Origin: a virus
DNA: 40,437 nt
Virus genome (UHGV): UHGV-0267017
Reading direction: 5' to 3' (one strand)
The notes under the pieces were generated by a model. The model saw nothing but the letters and a program-made list of their open reading frames with translations. It was not told the DNA's origin and made no database searches. This document shows, in pieces, positions 35,659 to 40,437 of the stretch. The position numbers and the translations under genes were made by a program. Position 1 is the first letter of the stretch. The number at the start of each line of letters is the position of its first letter.

Positions 35659-36840
35659 ATGATATCAATGGCACTAATTCGATGCCCAGAATGCGAAGGC
35701 AAGGTAAGTGATAAGGCTCAGGCTTGCCCTCATTGCGGATGCCCCATCACATCACAGGAACCCGCACGGCCCCATATTCCCCCAAGGGCTAAACCTCCAT
35801 CCAGGATGCGTCTGCCTAATGGGTTTGGCTCTATTTCTTACCAAGGGCCACGACGGCGGGAGCCATACTACGCCAGAAAGACTATCGGGAGAACTCCTTT
35901 TGGTAAGCCAATACAGAAGCCTATCGAACCGAAAGCCAGCTTTAAGACTTACAATGAGGCCTATCAAGCGTTGATGGAATATAACAAAACTCCCCATGAG
36001 AAAAAATACGATACCACAATTGCACAAGCCTATGAAGAATGGGCACCCAAATATTTCACCACAAAGAAGCTATCTGCAGGTCGTCAGAAAGCGTGGAGTG
36101 ATGCCCTTAGGGCCTGTTCCTCCATACACGATAAAAAGCTATGGGAACTCAAAACATTAGACCTAGATGCAGCTATCCAGGAATCTTCTAAATCCGCCAT
36201 CATACGCGGAGATGTTCGTAGCCTCCTAATCAAGCTCTATGATTGGGCGCTTAAATATGAAATTGTGGAAAAAAATTATGCAGCTCTGACTGATGTGGTA
36301 TCCAGACCAGATGCCAGTATCAACCGTATTGTATTCCCGGACACGGAGGTGCAGCGGCTCTGGACAATGCTGGACATGGAATGCGTAGATATGGTATTGG
36401 TGGGATTATACACAGGACTGCGGCCGGGAGAGATATGCTCATTGCAATCCTGTAATGTCCATCTGGAAGAACACTACATGGTAGGCGGAAGTAAGACAGA
36501 AGCTGGCAAGGATAGAATTATCCCCATCCATGACAAAATATATAATTTGATTGCTCAAAGGACCAGTACTGGTAAACTGTTTAAGATAGGGGCAGACGAC
36601 GTGACCTATAACATGTATGCCCATCGTTTCAGGGCCATCATGGCAGATATGAAAACTAAACACACGCCCCATGATACAAGACACACCTTCGTCACAAAGG
36701 CCAAGACTGTTGGCATGGATGAGTATTGTCTTAAGCTTATCGTTGGGCATGCAATCCAGGACCTTACAGAAAACGTGTATACCCATCGAACTCCGGCTGA
36801 ATTACTGCGAGAAGTTAATAAGATAAACTACGATATTTAA
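35659..36840 (+). CDS. int: Tyrosine integrase with N-terminal zinc ribbon
   Basis: 393 aa. N-terminal CPECEG...CPHCGC. Catalytic residues in R...HDTRHTFVT...YTHR context. Confidence 0.9.
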   Translation: MISMALIRCPECEGKVSDKAQACPHCGCPITSQEPARPHIPPRAKPPSRMRLPNGFGSISYQGPRRREPYYARKTIGRTPFGKPIQKPIEPKASFKTYNEAYQALMEYNKTPHEKKYDTTIAQAYEEWAPKYFTTKKLSAGRQKAWSDALRACSSIHDKKLWELKTLDLDAAIQESSKSAIIRGDVRSLLIKLYDWALKYEIVEKNYAALTDVVSRPDASINRIVFPDTEVQRLWTMLDMECVDMVLVGLYTGLRPGEICSLQSCNVHLEEHYMVGGSKTEAGKDRIIPIHDKIYNLIAQRTSTGKLFKIGADDVTYNMYAHRFRAIMADMKTKHTPHDTRHTFVTKAKTVGMDEYCLKLIVGHAIQDLTENVYTHRTPAELLREVNKINYDI

Positions 36841-37130
36841 AACGTTGTTGCGATTATGCTGCTAATTTGTTGCGATTAAAATTTTTAACATCACTTTTGG
36901 TATATTTTTAACACCATAAAAACAACGTATTTCTGTTATTCTATTGTCATAAATTGGAAAGAAAGGGGAAATTGTCATTCAGAATGCATGTGTAAGACTA
37001 CGTTTTTACGCTATTTTTAACGAATTTGTTGCTAATAGCCGTCTAACCTAAAATTATATGATTTCATCGCTTTTCAAAAATTAACCATATTTTTAGGCGG
37101 GCCCGGCCATTCCGGTACCCGTCTTTCACT
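36841..37130. repeat. Candidate attP / integrase arm-site region
   Basis: Non-coding and AT-rich. Direct repeats TTGTTGCGATTA x2 (about 36845 and 36867) plus a TTTGTTGCTAATA variant (about 37025). TTTTTAAC(A/G) x3. It lies between int and the lysis cassette. Confidence 0.35.
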
Positions 37131-37312
37131 TACTTCTCTTTCTCCTTCCCTTCCTGAATCCGTTTCCAGATGGTCTCAAATTCATCCGGCTTCGGGTCCG
37201 GGATGGGTAAGGGGACGGTCATGCGTTTAACTGCTTCAAACTCTTTTAGCAGTTCTTCATCCGAGTTCTTTTCCGCCGATTCTGGCGGTTCATCGTTTCG
37301 CTTTCCATCCAT
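37130..37312 (-). CDS. Small acidic hypothetical protein (60 aa)
   Basis: ORF at the distal end of the lysis cassette. Confidence 0.3.
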   Translation of the reverse strand: MDGKRNDEPPESAEKNSDEELLKEFEAVKRMTVPLPIPDPKPDEFETIWKRIQEGKEKEK

Positions 37313-37390
37313 CTTTATGCGTCTCCTTTCAAGACCATTGTATGCCTTTTACAAAGAGAGCTGCACTGGTAAATAATGTCATTTTATGGC

Positions 37391-38164
37391 CTACCACGTA
37401 AACACGTACCGTCGATTTACCATGTCGTACTCCTCCGCAATCCGGAGCGCGCCCCTTGCATCCGTAATCATGCATTTGCCCTCGTCGCTGCCCTTGACTG
37501 GACAGAGTACGAAGGCCTCGCCGGCGGGGTCCACCTGGTAGCCGGTCAGCATGTAGCCCTCGCTGTCAAACAGGTACCAGCCACAGGTGCCGTCCGTGGC
37601 CTCCCGGAGCCAGTACCAGCCATTGGCCGCATAGCTGCCGTCTGTAAACTGATACCACCAGCGCTGGCCGTCTGCCGCCGGCTGGAATCCCTGGGTGTAT
37701 GTCACCGGGACCGGTGTGTAGTCGATGTCGCAGAGCTTAAGGGCTTTCTGCCAGGGAGTGGCCGTCACGCGGCTCTTGATGGTTCCGTAGTTGATGCCCT
37801 TGGCCTCGATGCAATATCCATCACCTATGTACACCCCGATATGGCCCGGCTTCCAGAGCGCCCAGCCGGTCATTGACTCATTCAGGTGGTCGATACCTGC
37901 CCGCTCCACGGCTGTGTCATGGTAGTTGTAGCTGCCCCGGATGCGCCCGGAGTACCAGCTGATGAGGCCGCTGCAGTCCGTGCAACGCTGGCCTATGTAC
38001 TTAGCCGCCTTGGCCTTATAAGTTGATGTGTATGTGCTTGGGTTCTCCCGGGCAAGCCTGTCCAGGATGGCCTGCGTCAGTATCTCGCCCTTGGCGCCGT
38101 AGACGTAAGGGGTGCCCAGCTTGTCCTTGCAGTGCTGTATTAATCCTTCAGCTGTTTTACTCAT
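37391..38164 (-). CDS. Endolysin: NlpC/P60 (C40) endopeptidase plus cell-wall-binding repeats
   Basis: Cys nucleophile context GQRCTDCSGLISW and His in GHIGVYIGDG. C-terminal aromatic repeats WYQFTDGSYAANGWYWL...GWYLFDSEGYMLTGY are choline/cell-wall-binding type. RBS GGAGGAAAAATACT before the ATG. Confidence 0.8.
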   Translation of the reverse strand: MSKTAEGLIQHCKDKLGTPYVYGAKGEILTQAILDRLARENPSTYTSTYKAKAAKYIGQRCTDCSGLISWYSGRIRGSYNYHDTAVERAGIDHLNESMTGWALWKPGHIGVYIGDGYCIEAKGINYGTIKSRVTATPWQKALKLCDIDYTPVPVTYTQGFQPAADGQRWWYQFTDGSYAANGWYWLREATDGTCGWYLFDSEGYMLTGYQVDPAGEAFVLCPVKGSDEGKCMITDARGALRIAEEYDMVNRRYVFTW

Positions 38165-38186
38165 AGTATTTTTCCTCCAATTTAAA

Positions 38187-38215
38187 AAGACCCCAGGAAT
38201 ACCCTAGGGCCATTG
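38187..38215 (-). terminator. Hairpin plus U-tract between the 67-aa gene and the endolysin
   Basis: Minus strand reads CCCUAGG-GUAUU-CCUGGGG (7-bp stem with one G-U pair) followed by UCUUUUUAAAUU. Confidence 0.3.
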
Positions 38216-38230
38216 TTGTACCGGTGCAAC

Positions 38231-38434
38231 TTACTCCTCTTCGTCGTCTACTCCATTATTATTACTGTCACTTGGACCTCCCACACCGCTCTGGTGTTTA
38301 CCTGGATGCGGTGTGTCTGTCGGTCCATCATACAGGTATGGAGTAGGCTGCTTTTCCTGCAAGTCCGGCCCCTCTGCCAGATATCCTCCATTCCCCGGAA
38401 TACGTGCTGCATGTTTTCCTGTTAATTTTGCCAT
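38231..38434 (-). CDS. Pro/Gly-rich acidic small protein (67 aa) between holin and endolysin
   Basis: Likely start is ATG 38434 (MAKLTGK...), preceded by AAAGGAAAGAGAGGT. The upstream part of the track's 108-aa frame overlaps the holin 3' end. Confidence 0.35.
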   Translation of the reverse strand: MAKLTGKHAARIPGNGGYLAEGPDLQEKQPTPYLYDGPTDTPHPGKHQSGVGGPSDSNNNGVDDEEE

Positions 38435-38519
38435 AATATGTACCTCTCTTTCCTTTTTTGGGGTTAATAAGTTTACCGCCATTACCCTGGCGGTCGGGAG
38501 ATATACGGACCACCTCCTT

Positions 38520-39017
38520 TTATGTCCTGCTGCCTCCCTGATAATCTGTATTGTCAATCTTATCCTTCAATACCGCGATATATTTACGCAGCCATTCCGG
38601 CACATTGGCACCCATACGACCGGCATTCTCAATGATGGACAGCAACTCGTTGAGTAAGTACCAGACCGCCACCAGGAGCCCGAAGAAGGCCTTGACGGAT
38701 ATCTGCATCCCAAGCTCTGCCGACACAAAAACAATCACATAATCAACCACCATAGCCGCGGCAATTACGCACAGGTATCCCACCTTTTTAATGATACCCT
38801 TAGCCCCTTTTCTGGAGCTCCATCCATAGCTGGCATCACCCGGATGGTCTATGGCCTCATTTTTACTGGCCAGCATCCCGGTTATGTAATCTAACACCAT
38901 CGTACCCATTAGGATGCACAGCACCGGATAAAGGATTCCTAGCTTCGCACTTAAAAAGGCACCAGCTGCTGCCAGCGCCCCCTGTACTGTAATTACATAT
39001 TCTCTTTTCATTTTCAT
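38520..39017 (-). CDS. Holin, TcdE / phage_holin_4_1-like
   Basis: Three TM helices. LDYITGMLASK...VVDYV and the C-terminal G.NVPEWLRKYIAVLKD parallel the TcdE-family pattern. Start at 39017 or 39011 after GGTGAGG. Confidence 0.6.
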   Translation of the reverse strand: MKMKREYVITVQGALAAAGAFLSAKLGILYPVLCILMGTMVLDYITGMLASKNEAIDHPGDASYGWSSRKGAKGIIKKVGYLCVIAAAMVVDYVIVFVSAELGMQISVKAFFGLLVAVWYLLNELLSIIENAGRMGANVPEWLRKYIAVLKDKIDNTDYQGGSRT

Positions 39018-39030
39018 TAACCTCACCTTT

Positions 39031-39453
39031 CTATAATATTTTATAACACGGCCGCTCCTCGCCCCACCACCAATACCGTAACCAGTCATCCAGTACTATC
39101 CCAGCCAGGCTTACCGGCAGCCACAGCAGGAAGAACTGCGGACATATCTGCCCCAGGATATTACCCGGCTTATTACTGTAATCCCATACGCCCCAGCCCA
39201 ACCACAAATTAACTACACATCCAGTCAAAAACTCCAGCACTGTAATAATACCGGCGCCAATCACAACCTGCTGCCATAAGGGCATATCCCATGGCAGGAC
39301 CTCATTAATCAGTCCCAGGCCAATAAAACACAGGCCACCCAACGCAAACATGGTCCAGTGGCTCCTGCCGCGCCACGCAACCTCCATGAGTATGTATAGC
39401 AGTCCTCCCATGCTCCACAAGGTGACATACTTATAAACTCGCCGGCGTGCCAT
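39031..39453 (-). CDS. 4-TM Trp-rich membrane protein upstream of the holin
   Basis: 140 aa. RBS GGGGGTGG. Could be a second holin, antiholin or lysis accessory protein. Confidence 0.4.
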   Translation of the reverse strand: MARRRVYKYVTLWSMGGLLYILMEVAWRGRSHWTMFALGGLCFIGLGLINEVLPWDMPLWQQVVIGAGIITVLEFLTGCVVNLWLGWGVWDYSNKPGNILGQICPQFFLLWLPVSLAGIVLDDWLRYWWWGEERPCYKIL

Positions 39454-40177
39454 TATCCACCCCCATCTCAGCTGCTATCTGGATAAGATATGCCTTGAGC
39501 ACCTCCGATTGATATTGTTCCGGAATATCTGCACCATAGAATATCTCTGCCACCTCTTCCTTGGCCTCGCAGGCATCAATCCATACCTTGAGACTGATGC
39601 AGTACGTCTGATGGTAGCTGACGTGCCACATGGCCGCTTGGATGATGGACTGCATGTCTGCGTTGCTGTAGTACTTACAGTTGGTTGTAGGAGTGGTGTC
39701 GGTGTGGTATTCGATGCTCTCCAATCCTGCGTTGACCTGTATCTGCTTGCCAAATAGGTTGAGCTGGTCGCGCTCCTTTAGATCAAAATGCTCCACTGTT
39801 CCATCCGCCAATGTTACATTAACCCCTGATACAATCATGGCCTCACAGGCCGCATTTACCTCGGCCTTTTTGTTGTCTTGAACCTCTGCCAGTGTCGGCA
39901 CATATGGTTCTGGTGGTACCGCTGGCTCCGGAGGGACTGGAGGTGTGTAAACACTTCCGTCGTTGGATAACCATACCCTATTTCCTCCCTGCTTCCACAC
40001 TGTCTCATAGCCGTGCAGGGTGGTGGCCTCTGTACCATCATCTGTATAGATTGTAATGTCGCCCCATATGGCCGGGATTGCGCCGGAAAAGACGATTTCC
40101 AGGACGTTTGCAGATTCTGGCCGGATGCTGCTGATTTCATACCGTCGTTCTTCCTTTCCAATTCTGATTTTTTCCAT
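39431..40177 (-). CDS. Tail-associated protein with Pro-rich linker (XkdW-like position)
   Basis: 248 aa. PPVPPEPAVPPEPYVP linker. AAGGAGTGA RBS. Sits where post-tail-fibre genes sit in PBSX-like phages. Confidence 0.4.
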   Translation of the reverse strand: MEKIRIGKEERRYEISSIRPESANVLEIVFSGAIPAIWGDITIYTDDGTEATTLHGYETVWKQGGNRVWLSNDGSVYTPPVPPEPAVPPEPYVPTLAEVQDNKKAEVNAACEAMIVSGVNVTLADGTVEHFDLKERDQLNLFGKQIQVNAGLESIEYHTDTTPTTNCKYYSNADMQSIIQAAMWHVSYHQTYCISLKVWIDACEAKEEVAEIFYGADIPEQYQSEVLKAYLIQIAAEMGVDNGTPASL

Positions 40178-40338
40178 GGATTCACTCCTTTTTTTTGAAT
40201 TATAAAAGGCCCTTGTGGGGCCCGGTTTACGAGTTGCTTACTGTGCTCAATACCAAGATTACAAATAATGGCATTGTTGATTCCTATTCTGGAGATGCAG
40301 TCATTAATTTGGACTGGGTAAGGGCTGGGACTGTAGTT

Positions 40339-40437
40339 TATAAAGTTCTTAATGGTACGTGTTTTGTCGATTTTGACATCACTGTAAAGGCGATTACAGC
40401 AGTAAATACTCTAATAGTAAGTGGATTGCCTACCTCA
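40339..40437 (-). CDS. 3' part of a small ORF running off the window edge
   Basis: Minus-strand frame ...EVGNPLTIRVFTAVIAFTVMSKSTKHVPLRTL* contains a hydrophobic helix. It joins in frame with an ATG at the window's 5' end if the sequence is circular. Confidence 0.2.

Noticed and set aside
36841-37130. Searched for a tRNA or tmRNA gene as integration target next to int
   Set aside because: No cloverleaf-compatible sequence, for example no GTTCGAATC-like T-loop with a matching acceptor stem. The region is just AT-rich with direct repeats.
38461-38520. 7-bp stem hairpin (ACCGCCA-GGGTAA-TGGCGGT) just downstream of the holin gene, considered as a terminator
   Set aside because: No U-tract on either strand. 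It is more likely an mRNA stability or occlusion element, or coincidental. Not called.
38231-38557. 108-aa ORF overlapping the holin 3' end
   Set aside because: Its N-terminal part overlaps the holin coding sequence out of frame. A good RBS precedes the internal ATG at 38434, so I prefer the 67-aa gene.

Overview
The window reads as one nearly complete temperate phage genome of about 40 kb and roughly 50% GC, with a PBSX/XkdK-like contractile tail. The host is probably a Firmicutes/Clostridia bacterium; that is inference from gene content only.

Almost all genes lie on the minus strand. Reading from high to low coordinate, the order is:
- a lysogeny switch: tyrosine integrase, LexA/CI-like S24 repressor, divergent Cro-like HTH, and GTGTC-N6-GACAC operator palindromes;
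- an early region of small Zn-ribbon and Cys-rich proteins;
- a conserved replication module: DUF2800 Cas4-like nuclease, DUF2815 phage SSB, family-A DNA polymerase, P4/D5-type primase-helicase, VRR-NUC and an SNF2 helicase;
- an ArpU/RinA-like late activator;
- a packaging, head and tail block: TerS, TerL, portal, Mu-F/SPP1-gp7-like minor head protein, scaffold, major capsid, connectors, sheath, tube, chaperone with a -1 frameshift site, tape measure, LysM protein, XkdQ/R/S/T/U-like baseplate proteins and a tail fibre.

The 3' end of the window carries a lysis cassette (TcdE-like holin and an NlpC/P60 endolysin with cell-wall-binding repeats) plus a candidate attP. That is exactly what should follow the tail fibre at the 5' end, so the window looks like a circularly permuted whole phage or a circular contig.

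Two strongly AT-rich (~28-30% GC) insertions stand out:
1. A self-contained two-gene cassette at 17.85-19.35 kb sits between the late activator and terS. It encodes a 304-aa soluble protein and an overlapping 206-aa 4-TM protein. It has its own consensus promoter and an upstream terminator, and is flanked by a divergent unit of a 39-aa hydrophobic peptide and an RHH protein. This is my best candidate for an undescribed phage-borne defence or abortive-infection system.
2. A 208-aa 3-TM protein gene at 33.2-33.8 kb sits beside the immunity region, as a superinfection-exclusion gene would.

No rRNA, tRNA or CRISPR array was seen. I counted motif coordinates by hand, so they may be off by 1-2 nt.
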